From a plasmid, in the sequence record NZ_CP110904.1: a stretch of DNA of 64,000 bases. One strand, given 5' to 3'. Positions 41,790-51,398 of this stretch are shown here, in pieces. Within the stretch, counting starts at the first letter, position 1. Every line of letters begins with the position of its first letter. The translations under genes were made by a program, and so were the position numbers. Below the pieces are notes generated by a model, which was not told the DNA's origin, searched no databases, and saw only the letters and a list, made by a program, of their open reading frames with translations.

Positions 41790-42917
41790 ATGACTTTCAA
41801 TACTTCTAAACTTAATAAAGTTTCCGCTAAGCAAATCTGTGATAACTTTGTAAAAGCACATCCTGATTTGTTGGAAGGTGCTGTTATAACAAAAATCGAA
41901 ATCAGTGGTTGTCAGGGCTCTCGGCGTACCGATAAAATCGAACTGTCCTATGGCGGCGATGATATAACGGACCAGAAGAGCGTGTCTAAAAGTGAAGTTC
42001 GCTGGATAGACATAAAGGCACTGAGTTTCAAAAGCACTATCACTAGTCGAATTTCAACACTCTGTTCACGGTTGTGTATCCGCTATAGCAATATGTGGAT
42101 TTTGCCTGTCGAAAGAATGGAGGAGTTTCTGGAAGAGGCACAAGAAATTGAACGTGAGTTTCAAGCCGGTATCCAGAATGTGGTTGATAACTATGACACT
42201 CATATTCAGGCTGAGAAAGATCGCAGTCCGTTGATGTCAGATTTAATCGACCAGTTGAAATTAACGAAAGATGATTTTATTAAATCATTCCGGTTTAATC
42301 TGGCGCATTTCATTCCGTTTTCACCGATTAGTGTGGAGGGGGATGAAACACAGGACTTTTATCAGGAACAACTGATAATCGATTTGGCCGATGAAGCTAT
42401 GAAGGTTTATGCAAAAATCAGTAAAAATGATAATTTGCGTTCCAGCACGATTGACCGATTAAAACAGATGCAAGATAAAATCATTAGCTTTATGTTCATT
42501 CATAAAGAGGCGGTTGTTCTTGCAGAAGCTATCAAGCACGTCATGAATAATTTACCCAAAGGCGCCATTTCTTCTCCCCGTGATGTTGCGGTGTTAAAGC
42601 AATGGTTCTATTTCATGAGTGATGCGTCAATGCTGAAACGTATTATTTCTGGTGAGCAGAAAGTAACAGATTGGCTGGATTCCATTACCCGGTCATTCAA
42701 TATTGATTCACAGGATAATACGGCTAACTCTCAGAATGCTTTTGAGGATGATGTTTTTTCTTCAGCAAATGTGTTCAGAGAAGATCCGCTTGAAGAAGTT
42801 GAGAAAAACGCAGTAACTGCACCTTTGTCTGCTGTTGTCCCTGAAGAAGATGTTTCCCTTCAGGCCAGTGGTAGTAATAGTGCTTTTAACAGCGAACTCG
42901 AACTGAACGGCTGGTGA
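41790..42917 (+). CDS. Hypothetical protein (375 aa)
   Basis: ORF preceded by dyad element E4. Confidence 0.45.
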   Translation: MTFNTSKLNKVSAKQICDNFVKAHPDLLEGAVITKIEISGCQGSRRTDKIELSYGGDDITDQKSVSKSEVRWIDIKALSFKSTITSRISTLCSRLCIRYSNMWILPVERMEEFLEEAQEIEREFQAGIQNVVDNYDTHIQAEKDRSPLMSDLIDQLKLTKDDFIKSFRFNLAHFIPFSPISVEGDETQDFYQEQLIIDLADEAMKVYAKISKNDNLRSSTIDRLKQMQDKIISFMFIHKEAVVLAEAIKHVMNNLPKGAISSPRDVAVLKQWFYFMSDASMLKRIISGEQKVTDWLDSITRSFNIDSQDNTANSQNAFEDDVFSSANVFREDPLEEVEKNAVTAPLSAVVPEEDVSLQASGSNSAFNSELELNGW

Positions 42918-42994
42918 TTTAGTCTTGTAAAAATAACCCCAGATGGGTACTTCACCATCTGGGTGAGTACCCTTTATTAATTAAAGGTACTCAA

Positions 42995-45007
42995 ATGAAA
43001 TTTGATTTGAAATCTTCACCCCGCCATATTCAACGCCTGACGAATATAGCCAGCGTGATAAGCGGTATAAGTGGTCTTAATGTTGTAATAGACAATAAGG
43101 TACATACACCTTATTTCAACAGCGAAAAGAACGTTTGTGTATTACCTAATGGTGATTATAGCGATGAGAAATTCGTCAAGCTAATTGAAGGGTTTATATG
43201 TCATGAAGCTGGACACGGTCGCTATACAGAACATGAAGTATACCGTGAAGCTTTTGTTGGGGAACTGATTAATGCAGATGGCTTCATCAGTATAGATGAT
43301 AAGCTGAACGCTGAATTTCAAACCCTTAAACAAAAGAAAATCGCATATGCCCGGGCTTACCGTCTACATGGACTTATTAATCTCTTTGATGATGTCCAGA
43401 TGGAAGAGAAAACGGGTATTGACTATCAGGAGGCAAAAAAGCGCCTCGCGGTAAGTTATGCCTTGATGGTTGAAGCTGGGCGAATGACGGTTGATGTTTC
43501 TTCAAGCCCTCAAAACCCTGTTCAGTTTATTGAAATGTTCCTGCTTAATACATTGCGGGTTAACGTTCTCCAGCAAGAAGGGCATAAAGAAACGCTTGAT
43601 CCATTTTTCGATTATGCAAAGAAAATCCTTGAGCCTGTAATTTTAGAAGTTGATGAGATTATTCATCAGGCTCTAAGTTGCAAAAGTACGCAAAATTGCG
43701 ATTCTCTGGCGCGTAAAACCTTGGCTCTTTTAGAGCGTTTACGGGATGAAGCCAAAGAGAAACAGCAAGAAGAGGATCAGAATAAAGACCCGCAAAACGA
43801 CACAGACAATTCATCTGGCTCTGAGAATGAACCTGATTCCGAAACCAATGGTGACAACCAGGGTGAAGGGGATGGAGATTCCGAAGAGCAAGACGATGAT
43901 GCTGGTAATGGTAAAGCACCTATGGAAGATAATGAGCCGTCAGAGCAATCTAAAGGGGATGAAGAAAGTGCTGAGAGCGGTAACGGTGAACCTGATGGAG
44001 AGCCCGAAACCGATGAATCGGCTAACCCTGACTCGTATGATGCTGACGGAACTCCTTCCCAAATCGACAGTTCCAATGGAAATCCTTCCGATGGGGAAAG
44101 TAACTTTTCTCCTGAGCAGTGGAGTATCCTTGCCAAATTGCTGGATGATTTTCTTAACAGCGATGAGGAAAGTGAAGATTTTCATGAGGCTCTTGCAAAT
44201 GAAATCTCCGTAATTGCTGCCAGTGTGTCGGATGAGGTTAAAGCTGAATTTGGTGCAAATGAGTGGGATCTTCCAGATTTGCTTATTGATCTGAATGTCT
44301 ACAATGAAGCATTAAATATCAGTCAGACTCTTGGGGCAGACTTATCTGTTTTACAGCAGGTAAAAATGCGTGGTCAATTTAAAACCCGTGATAGAGGCTT
44401 GTCATTCGACATTAATCGATTGATCCAGTCTCCGATGGGTGTGAGGGATGTATTCCGGTCGCAAAGCGAATCTAAAAACCGGGGCCACGTCGGCTTGGTT
44501 ATTGTTCGTGATATTTCAGGTTCTATGATTCTGGATCACCGTTATATCCACGCAATTAAGACTGACCTTGCATTAACTTTGGCGATTGAAGCTAATTCAA
44601 AAATGCACGTTGCTAATGTGATTTATCCGTTTGTCGACAAAGACTTTGAATTTATCAAAACGTTTGATGAAAACGCGGAAGAGACGCTTTCAAAATTTTC
44701 ACTCGGCTGTAAAGGGAATAATACCCCAACGGGTTCCGCCTTAATGGCTGCTGTAGAATTGTTACTTGAAAGCCAGTTTGACAGGAAAATTGTTTTCCTT
44801 ATTACTGATGGTTATCCGACAGAGTCTGATTACACCATTAGTGATGTTCTTACGGTAGCTGAAAGTAACGGTATTGAAATCGCTGGTGTAGGCATTAAAA
44901 CTGATGAGTTAATTGGTTTTGATGAGGGCACCTTCGTAAATGTTGATGATATTTCTTTACTGCCGAATGTGGTCAGTAAATTAGTACATCAAATTCTATC
45001 TAATTAA
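42995..45007 (+). CDS. CobT-like protein with C-terminal von Willebrand factor A (vWA) domain and a long acidic D/E/S/N-rich linker
   Basis: MIDAS-like VIVRDISGSM and TDGYPTESD motifs. A ~120-aa acidic low-complexity segment. Forms a pair with the AAA+ gene at 40358. Confidence 0.7.
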   Translation: MKFDLKSSPRHIQRLTNIASVISGISGLNVVIDNKVHTPYFNSEKNVCVLPNGDYSDEKFVKLIEGFICHEAGHGRYTEHEVYREAFVGELINADGFISIDDKLNAEFQTLKQKKIAYARAYRLHGLINLFDDVQMEEKTGIDYQEAKKRLAVSYALMVEAGRMTVDVSSSPQNPVQFIEMFLLNTLRVNVLQQEGHKETLDPFFDYAKKILEPVILEVDEIIHQALSCKSTQNCDSLARKTLALLERLRDEAKEKQQEEDQNKDPQNDTDNSSGSENEPDSETNGDNQGEGDGDSEEQDDDAGNGKAPMEDNEPSEQSKGDEESAESGNGEPDGEPETDESANPDSYDADGTPSQIDSSNGNPSDGESNFSPEQWSILAKLLDDFLNSDEESEDFHEALANEISVIAASVSDEVKAEFGANEWDLPDLLIDLNVYNEALNISQTLGADLSVLQQVKMRGQFKTRDRGLSFDINRLIQSPMGVRDVFRSQSESKNRGHVGLVIVRDISGSMILDHRYIHAIKTDLALTLAIEANSKMHVANVIYPFVDKDFEFIKTFDENAEETLSKFSLGCKGNNTPTGSALMAAVELLLESQFDRKIVFLITDGYPTESDYTISDVLTVAESNGIEIAGVGIKTDELIGFDEGTFVNVDDISLLPNVVSKLVHQILSN

Positions 45008-45077
45008 CTCTACCCAATTGGGGCAAAATGACGCCCGGTTGGGTCGTTTTGCTCCCTGAAGGATTAAGGAGCAATAT

Positions 45078-45299
45078 ATGACTCAGATAAAGACTTACCG
45101 TGTCGAGTATGAAAAAGTCGGGATGATGCATCGTGTCCGTATTTTTGGTCGCATGGGTGAAGTTGTCAAAAGTGAATTGCCAAAAGAAGTAATTCTCCGG
45201 GATGTATCTATACCGGAGGGTAATGTAAAAATGGCAACATCAATGGTTGATGGTTTTATCCAGCGTCTTGAAAATAATGGCTTCAAGTCTGAAGCGTAA
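45078..45299 (+). CDS. Small basic protein (73 aa)
   Basis: ORF with RBS AAGGAG, followed by a strong hairpin. Confidence 0.35.
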   Translation: MTQIKTYRVEYEKVGMMHRVRIFGRMGEVVKSELPKEVILRDVSIPEGNVKMATSMVDGFIQRLENNGFKSEA

Positions 45300-45304
45300 T
45301 TGTT

Positions 45305-45393
45305 AAGGGCCATTATGGCCCTTATTCTTAGATTCTGCGTTGTGGGTTTCTCCCTGTTTTCTGCATCGCAGAGGGCATTGAGAAACCCACAAT
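45305..45393 (+). promoter_or_regulatory. Two consecutive strong stem-loops: 9-bp perfect hairpin AAGGGCCAT-T-ATGGCCCTT, then a 12-bp stem TGTGGGTTTCTC...GAGAAACCCACA enclosing an inner hairpin
   Basis: Direct reading. Lies between the 73-aa gene and the primase-like gene. Terminator, attenuator or ssDNA priming-site candidate. Confidence 0.6.
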
Positions 45394-45413
45394 GCCAGAT
45401 AAGAGAGAACAAA

Positions 45414-46646
45414 ATGACTTATGCATCACCGGCTGTTAAGCGTACACCACATGAAGTATCTGAGCACTTTATTAAAATGGTTCACGCTCGTGTTGCGGAA
45501 GCCTCTGGCTGGCGCTATGTATTCGATAGAATACCGGCATTTAAAGATGCTTGTGATAAAGCACCTAGCCAGGTTCCTTGCCCCTTCACCGGGGACGGGA
45601 AATCAAAGTTCCGTTTCCGAAAAAAAGACCTCTATACCGGTTGTGCTATTCACAATGATTTCCCTGTGAATGCATTTTGTGACGGTATTGATGTGCTGGC
45701 AGAGTATTACAAGTTGAGCAAAACCCAGACTTGTAAGAAGATCTTGACTGATTTCTTTGGTATGGATCTGTACGCTCCGTTAACTGATGCGGATCTCGAA
45801 AGTGAACGGCGTTATAAATCAACAGTTCGTGCAACCGAAACGCTTGATAGCGATGAAGTTGAAAAACGGCTGCGTAAACTTGAAGTGTTATATCACTATA
45901 CAGGTGAAATCAAGCCAGGGAGTCCTGTGGGCATGTATCTCCGAAATCGTGGTCTTAAACGAATTCTGAGTAATCTGCCTAAGGATCTTGGTCTGAACAA
46001 CCGACTTTACTATATGGATAAGTCACTAGAGAAACCGTCAACTTACCCGGGAATGATCGCAATTTATCGTGATACACGGGGACGTCCTCTGACAATCCAT
46101 AGAACGTTCGTAGAGAAAAATGGTGATAAGGCTCGGGTAGAGAATCCGAAACTGATGATGAAACCGCCTGCCGATATGACCGGCGGCTCAATTCAGCTGT
46201 ACGACCCACACTACAACTCAGGTACCCGTACCTGGACGTTAGGTGTGGCTGAAGGCATAGAAAACGCGCTGTCAGTAACTGAAGCGACTTCAACACCGTG
46301 TTGGGCTGCGAGCTCTGCCTGGTGTCTTGAAAACGTTGAAGTGCCGGATAGTCTACTGCCTCCTCCGGATGTGAAAGAAATACAGTTTTACGTCTGGGCG
46401 GATAAGGATGTTGTGAATTCAAGAGGCGCTTGCCCGGGTATGGAGTCAGCAATACGACTTCAGGCCCGAATGGAAGAGTTTTTTGCAAAGCGATATCCCA
46501 CTTCAGAGCTGACAATTAAAGTCTTTGAACCAGATTTCGATATTCCTGAAGGGACGAAAGGAATCGACTGGAACGAAGTATTGAAATTAACAGGACCTGA
46601 TGGCTTCCCAGTAAAATGGGCTCCTGAATGTCTTGCTCAGCTTTAA
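45414..46646 (+). CDS. Primase-like protein (N-terminal Zn-binding region plus Toprim domain)
   Basis: PCPFTGDGKSKFRF...CAIH zinc-binding pattern. Toprim-like LGVAEGIENALSV with acidic residues. Listed ORF starts at 45300 but that stretch is structured non-coding DNA. Confidence 0.5.
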   Translation: MTYASPAVKRTPHEVSEHFIKMVHARVAEASGWRYVFDRIPAFKDACDKAPSQVPCPFTGDGKSKFRFRKKDLYTGCAIHNDFPVNAFCDGIDVLAEYYKLSKTQTCKKILTDFFGMDLYAPLTDADLESERRYKSTVRATETLDSDEVEKRLRKLEVLYHYTGEIKPGSPVGMYLRNRGLKRILSNLPKDLGLNNRLYYMDKSLEKPSTYPGMIAIYRDTRGRPLTIHRTFVEKNGDKARVENPKLMMKPPADMTGGSIQLYDPHYNSGTRTWTLGVAEGIENALSVTEATSTPCWAASSAWCLENVEVPDSLLPPPDVKEIQFYVWADKDVVNSRGACPGMESAIRLQARMEEFFAKRYPTSELTIKVFEPDFDIPEGTKGIDWNEVLKLTGPDGFPVKWAPECLAQL

Positions 46647-46651
46647 ACCCG

Positions 46652-46690
46652 ATAACTCCCCCGCCTTTTTAGGTCGGGGGGGGTTATCTC
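46652..46690 (+). terminator. Hairpin terminator after the primase-like gene
   Basis: GATAACTCCCCCGcctttttaggtCGGGGGGGTTATC. Confidence 0.5.
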
Positions 46691-46919
46691 TTTAGTGTTT
46701 AATTTCATAAATACTAAACAGATAATTAGATTTCCTTCGTGAAAATCACCTGTTATTCAGGTTTTTTTTACGGCTGAGATGCTTGCTCAGTTAAATAAAT
46801 GTGCGGTACATCTGGCTACGGTCGGTTGTATGACGTGGTATATCCATATAACTCAAAACCCCTGACGGGAGTATTACCGTTAGGGTGATGCTCATCGTTT
46901 AATATAAGAGAGCATTGTT

Positions 46920-47444
46920 ATGAAAACTGAAAATCAAGACTTATTTAATAAGTTTGCTGCTGTGATTTCATCTCGTATCGTTGAGCAACCATCATCATGC
47001 TATTATCTTCATGATAGTGAAGTTGACCTTACGATTTTAAAACACAGCATAATAGATAAGGACAAAAACCTGTTGTATGTAATTCGCCCTTCAGGTACAT
47101 GTTTGTTACGCTGTGATAAATATTTTTTTCCGAATTACTATCTTACTTGTCGTGGAGATTATAAAGCATTCATTTATGTGCATTTTAATCTTGCTACAGG
47201 AAAAGCGGAAGATATCACGTGGCAACAAGCTTTAGAAGTTTTGTCCAAACCGGGAAGGCCCCCATTGAGAGGTTCTCTTGGAAGATTTGATTATTTAAAA
47301 CTTGTGGTTGATGATCTTCGTACCCGTGGTTATGCCGATTTTCTACCGGCATATAATCTGGATGGACTTCGTCATTTTGCAGTAAAGGATGAGCGACCAT
47401 CTCTTGTCAGTTATATCGACAATGTCATGGCTCTTTGCGCATAA
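46920..47444 (+). CDS. Hypothetical protein (174 aa)
   Basis: ORF preceded by dyad element E8. Confidence 0.45.
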   Translation: MKTENQDLFNKFAAVISSRIVEQPSSCYYLHDSEVDLTILKHSIIDKDKNLLYVIRPSGTCLLRCDKYFFPNYYLTCRGDYKAFIYVHFNLATGKAEDITWQQALEVLSKPGRPPLRGSLGRFDYLKLVVDDLRTRGYADFLPAYNLDGLRHFAVKDERPSLVSYIDNVMALCA

Positions 47445-47520
47445 ACATATCACATATTTTAACTACATCCCTGATGGCCAATCCCATCGGGGGGCCCTCA
47501 GCATTTAACCTGGAGGCCTT

Positions 47521-48399
47521 ATGAAATTAGCTACAGATCTTGTCAATGCAGTTCTGATAAAGGATGGTGTTGTACCGGTTTCCATTACTGAGATGCCTGT
47601 ACAGTCTCTTGTAAATCCTTTGACACAAGTGCATCTCAGCCTGTACCTGAAAACAACGCATTTATCGCGGTTCGTCCCTGACTATGTCGAGACTCTGAAA
47701 GATTGTCCGGTATCGTATGATATCGGCCTTGAACTTCAGCAGTGTATCAGCAGTGCTGAATTGCTCTGCGAAGACATGGAATCGCTTGAATTTATCTCTG
47801 TATGGATAGAACTCTATACGTGTAATTCAAAGCAACAACGGTTTGAGGAAAGTAACTTTTCTCTTCGTTCCGAAGATATCGAGCTGGCTAAGATGCTAGC
47901 TTGTTCCCATGATCTCTTGATTAGCCAGGCTGCTTGTTTCTGGCTTTTATATTTTGATGACTTCATGAGATATGTGCGTAATAGACTCTGTACTTTACTC
48001 AGAGAAGTTTTAATACTGATTGCCGGACTGCGGAATGCATTCTTGCACCGTAATGAAGATCAGTTAATTAAGAGAGTGAAGTACGGGAATGAAATGCTGG
48101 AGGTAACTCTTAAAGCTATTGCACTATGTTCAATGGACCGGTATCTGAAATCATTTACCTCTTTACGAACAGAAGCGGCAGCTTCGGGTTTTATCAAATG
48201 TGTTAAGTCTTATATCAGTACAGGGTGGAGACATGGTTATATAGTCTGTCACTATTATCGAAATGGACAGTCTCTTGGTAAGTCATTACCACTTTTTATA
48301 AGTGAGACGTCTGAATACAGTATACAGAAACGAGTAAATCGTCTTATATCTTCCACGATATCAGGGCGAAATAAAGATTTAGGTCTTTCTGATTTCTGA
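47521..48399 (+). CDS. Hypothetical protein (292 aa)
   Basis: ORF preceded by dyad element E9. Confidence 0.45.
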   Translation: MKLATDLVNAVLIKDGVVPVSITEMPVQSLVNPLTQVHLSLYLKTTHLSRFVPDYVETLKDCPVSYDIGLELQQCISSAELLCEDMESLEFISVWIELYTCNSKQQRFEESNFSLRSEDIELAKMLACSHDLLISQAACFWLLYFDDFMRYVRNRLCTLLREVLILIAGLRNAFLHRNEDQLIKRVKYGNEMLEVTLKAIALCSMDRYLKSFTSLRTEAAASGFIKCVKSYISTGWRHGYIVCHYYRNGQSLGKSLPLFISETSEYSIQKRVNRLISSTISGRNKDLGLSDF

Positions 48400-48466
48400 T
48401 TAACACTACCCATCTGGGGATTACTCCCCTGATGGGCGTAATCCCTTTTTATAACGAGAGGATTAC

Positions 48467-49402
48467 ATGAAAATTATCGAGAAAATCATTAATGCATTTC
48501 TGATGTCACGCAATCACGCTGTGAAGGTCAGCAATGTTATCTGCTTAACTGGTTGTGACGGTAAATTTACTGGTATACGTTGTGACGCCGATGTTTCATT
48601 TGATTTTCTTCATTCGTATGCTAACGCATACAGTTCAATATTTTTAGATATCCCGTTCCCTGGGTTCGAAGACCAGAACATTACGGATTGTGTTAAACGT
48701 CAGTTAGATGTAGTGAAAAATAAACAGAATCGGTCTTTCTTTATTGACCATATTAGATTCCCGGTTACTGTCAAGGAAGGATTCACTCTACAGCGCGGTG
48801 GTAGTTGCGACGTGACTGATAGTGAATATAACAAGCAACGATTGCTGCATTTAACTCGACATGGACGTTTTGGTGAAGACTATCTCACGTACAAAGAAGG
48901 ACTGAGTCCCTTCTTTTCATTTGTGAATGTAGAATTACATGAAACTATGAAGGAAGGTATTCGTTTAGCACTTGATGTTTTAAATAAGATAACAACTGAC
49001 CAACCTGACCGTCTTATAAAGGACTTTAAATATCATGACTGTTACAATAGTTATAATGTTCAAATATTTTGTAAGGGGTTGCCAGTTGATATTCTGGAAA
49101 CGATGATCGCACCTGACTTTTTGTCATCCGACATGTCTGGTAGTCGTCAGATCATCAAAAATGCACGCCGCTATCTTAAAGGCTTTGCCCACAGTAATCG
49201 TGTTTACATGAAGTACGGTTGGCGCTTAGCGGATATCGACACGTCTGATTATGCTAAAGTCATGTCAGATAAAGAAATGCATGCCAGAGATGATCTTAAA
49301 ATGTTTTGCGGTGTCTTTGTTAAAGAGTGCTTCGCATCCGGAAAAGATGAATACGAAGCCTACCTTCAAGAAAGACAACACGCTATTCGTTACGGGTATT
49401 AA
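48467..49402 (+). CDS. Hypothetical protein (311 aa)
   Basis: ORF preceded by dyad element E10. Confidence 0.45.
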   Translation: MKIIEKIINAFLMSRNHAVKVSNVICLTGCDGKFTGIRCDADVSFDFLHSYANAYSSIFLDIPFPGFEDQNITDCVKRQLDVVKNKQNRSFFIDHIRFPVTVKEGFTLQRGGSCDVTDSEYNKQRLLHLTRHGRFGEDYLTYKEGLSPFFSFVNVELHETMKEGIRLALDVLNKITTDQPDRLIKDFKYHDCYNSYNVQIFCKGLPVDILETMIAPDFLSSDMSGSRQIIKNARRYLKGFAHSNRVYMKYGWRLADIDTSDYAKVMSDKEMHARDDLKMFCGVFVKECFASGKDEYEAYLQERQHAIRYGY

Positions 49403-49479
49403 AACTTATTTTCAACTTATCTAATCCCTGAGGGAACTCTTCCCTTGGGGAGAATTCCCTCTTAACCGAGGGCAATAAA

Positions 49480-50213
49480 ATGAAAGCTATTTATAAATTA
49501 ATTGAAGCGATGCTGGTGAAGATGGGTTTTGAAGGTGCTGCGATCCAAAGTGTCAATCTGGAAACCGGAGTCATTCAGTGTCAGCAGCTCACCTGCGTCT
49601 TGTTGATGTTGAGCCAGACTGGCTGAATGAAGGTGTGAACCGTGAAAAACTGGACTATGTCTATTATCGTTCCAGCAATGCAGACAAGGATTTAATCCTT
49701 GGTATGGTTGAAAACGGTCACAATTTCATCAGCCATCTTCATGGCCAGTTACGGTCACGCTTATCTCAGGTTCTTCCGCTTATTTTCGCAGTTACAGAAA
49801 AGGTTGCGGAAAGTTCAGTTCCACAAGTGTTAACCAGGTTCTTCAGTGTTGACCATCAAATCAATACTCAGATAGTAGTTGAACCGGTACCCGTTTCAGT
49901 TGCAGACCAGATAATTTCTGCCAACTGGGATGTGAGTAGTATTTCTGGGGCTGACAAGTTCCTGAACCATGTTAATCGTTACCTGTCGGGTAGGGTGATG
50001 AAGCGGCGCATTTACGCTGTTATTGAATCTTGCAACGATGGCCCTTTAACTCTCGACGCGAATCTAGGTTGCTTTACTTCACCTCTTCTCGTCACTGAGT
50101 ACAAAATGGTTCAATCGCATTCTTCATCGCTGTACAGAAAGGCTATAAATAACTCGCTTAAGCAAATCAATTCGTATGCTCCAGAGCATTCGGATGATCT
50201 GCTTTACATGTAA
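49480..50213 (+). pseudogene. Hypothetical gene apparently split by a frameshift (48-aa ORF 49480-49626 plus 211-aa frame from 49533 ending at 50213)
   Basis: By analogy to neighbouring genes, dyad element E11 and an RBS mark the start at ATG 49480. The long frame has no ATG until ~49701 and only a GTG at 49578. Confidence 0.35.
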
Positions 50214-50286
50214 TTAATAAATAACCCTAAGGGAAGCTCAATCCCTTTAGGGGATGCTTCCTTTATTCTTTCAAGAGGAAGTAGAT

Positions 50287-51222
50287 ATGTTTAATGAAAA
50301 CGATGATATAAATTTTGTTAGCGCCATGCTTAAAAAACAACTTGGTCTGACAGTAATTCAACAGGATATTAAACTGTTTGATAAGTCTAATTTCTTTGAA
50401 CAACTCTCATTCAAAGCAGAAGTGGCGACTGATGATTTGTTATTCTATCTTGATTCATATATCGAAGAGTTGATAAAACATAAAGCGCCGTATTCTGAAA
50501 CCGAAGTTCTCCGGAATAAAATCAAATACCTTTTTAAAGTATATGAAAAGTCTGGGTTTCAGAAAATAACAATTCGTGGTTATCATAATGCGCATAGCAC
50601 TATGAAATTTTTCGATATAGCAACATCAATATTGGCGGCCTCAGAATCGTTGCCTGAATATGATGAATTTCAGAAAGGTCTCAGAAAGGAAATTTATCAG
50701 AATAGAATGAGTGTTGACGGGAAAGTTCTTATTGCCCGGTATGCACTGAAGCAATTTTTCCATTCTGATTTTGGCGACTTTATCTATGAGTTTGAGAAAA
50801 AAATAACAGAGTGTCTATTTAATTCTCTTCAGGTTATCAAGTCTGTTAAAAATTCATTTCATAGTTTAGGTCAATATCAATATCACCGTCGTGTAAATCA
50901 TGAACTGATGTTGCATCTTGAGCTGAACACTGATGAATACCCGGCTTGCATGCCTGATCTTTACATTGGTTTCAATGAGTCTGAAGGCACGACGGGGGCG
51001 TATTGCGATGATGAAAAACTCATTCGTCTTTATACCTGCGTAAGTTCCGGACACGATGTGCCGGTTATGATGAACGTTCGTTTCACTGGCAGTGATGGGA
51101 GTGTTAAGTGTGAATCCTCGCACGGAACCTTCTCTTCTGTGGGACCTTGTGGCCGAGTACAAATCTGTGACAGAGCAGCGTTGATCCATGAAGCGATTGA
51201 AGAGTTTCGGGACGGTGTTTAA
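50287..51222 (+). CDS. Hypothetical protein; paralog of the 51399-52355 product
   Basis: GKVLIARYALKQFFHSDF aligns with GQVLIARFALEQFWNTHF. Similar length, collinear similarity. Confidence 0.5.
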   Translation: MFNENDDINFVSAMLKKQLGLTVIQQDIKLFDKSNFFEQLSFKAEVATDDLLFYLDSYIEELIKHKAPYSETEVLRNKIKYLFKVYEKSGFQKITIRGYHNAHSTMKFFDIATSILAASESLPEYDEFQKGLRKEIYQNRMSVDGKVLIARYALKQFFHSDFGDFIYEFEKKITECLFNSLQVIKSVKNSFHSLGQYQYHRRVNHELMLHLELNTDEYPACMPDLYIGFNESEGTTGAYCDDEKLIRLYTCVSSGHDVPVMMNVRFTGSDGSVKCESSHGTFSSVGPCGRVQICDRAALIHEAIEEFRDGV

Positions 51223-51398
51223 CCGGTCCTCATTCTCACCTCATCGTAAAAAGTAACTTTGTTCGACTAAATGATTGCGTTCACTTTCCTGTTTAACTGG
51301 CAGGATAGAATGATTTAGAAAAACATATTTTTATCCACCCACTGGGGAAGTTGCTCCCCTATGGGGCACTTCCTTTCAATTTTCCTGAGGAAGTGAAA

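Noticed and set aside
45300-45413. N-terminal 38 codons of the listed primase ORF
   Set aside because: This stretch is occupied by two strong stem-loops and has no RBS. The ATG at 45414 with AAGAGAGAAC upstream is the likely start.
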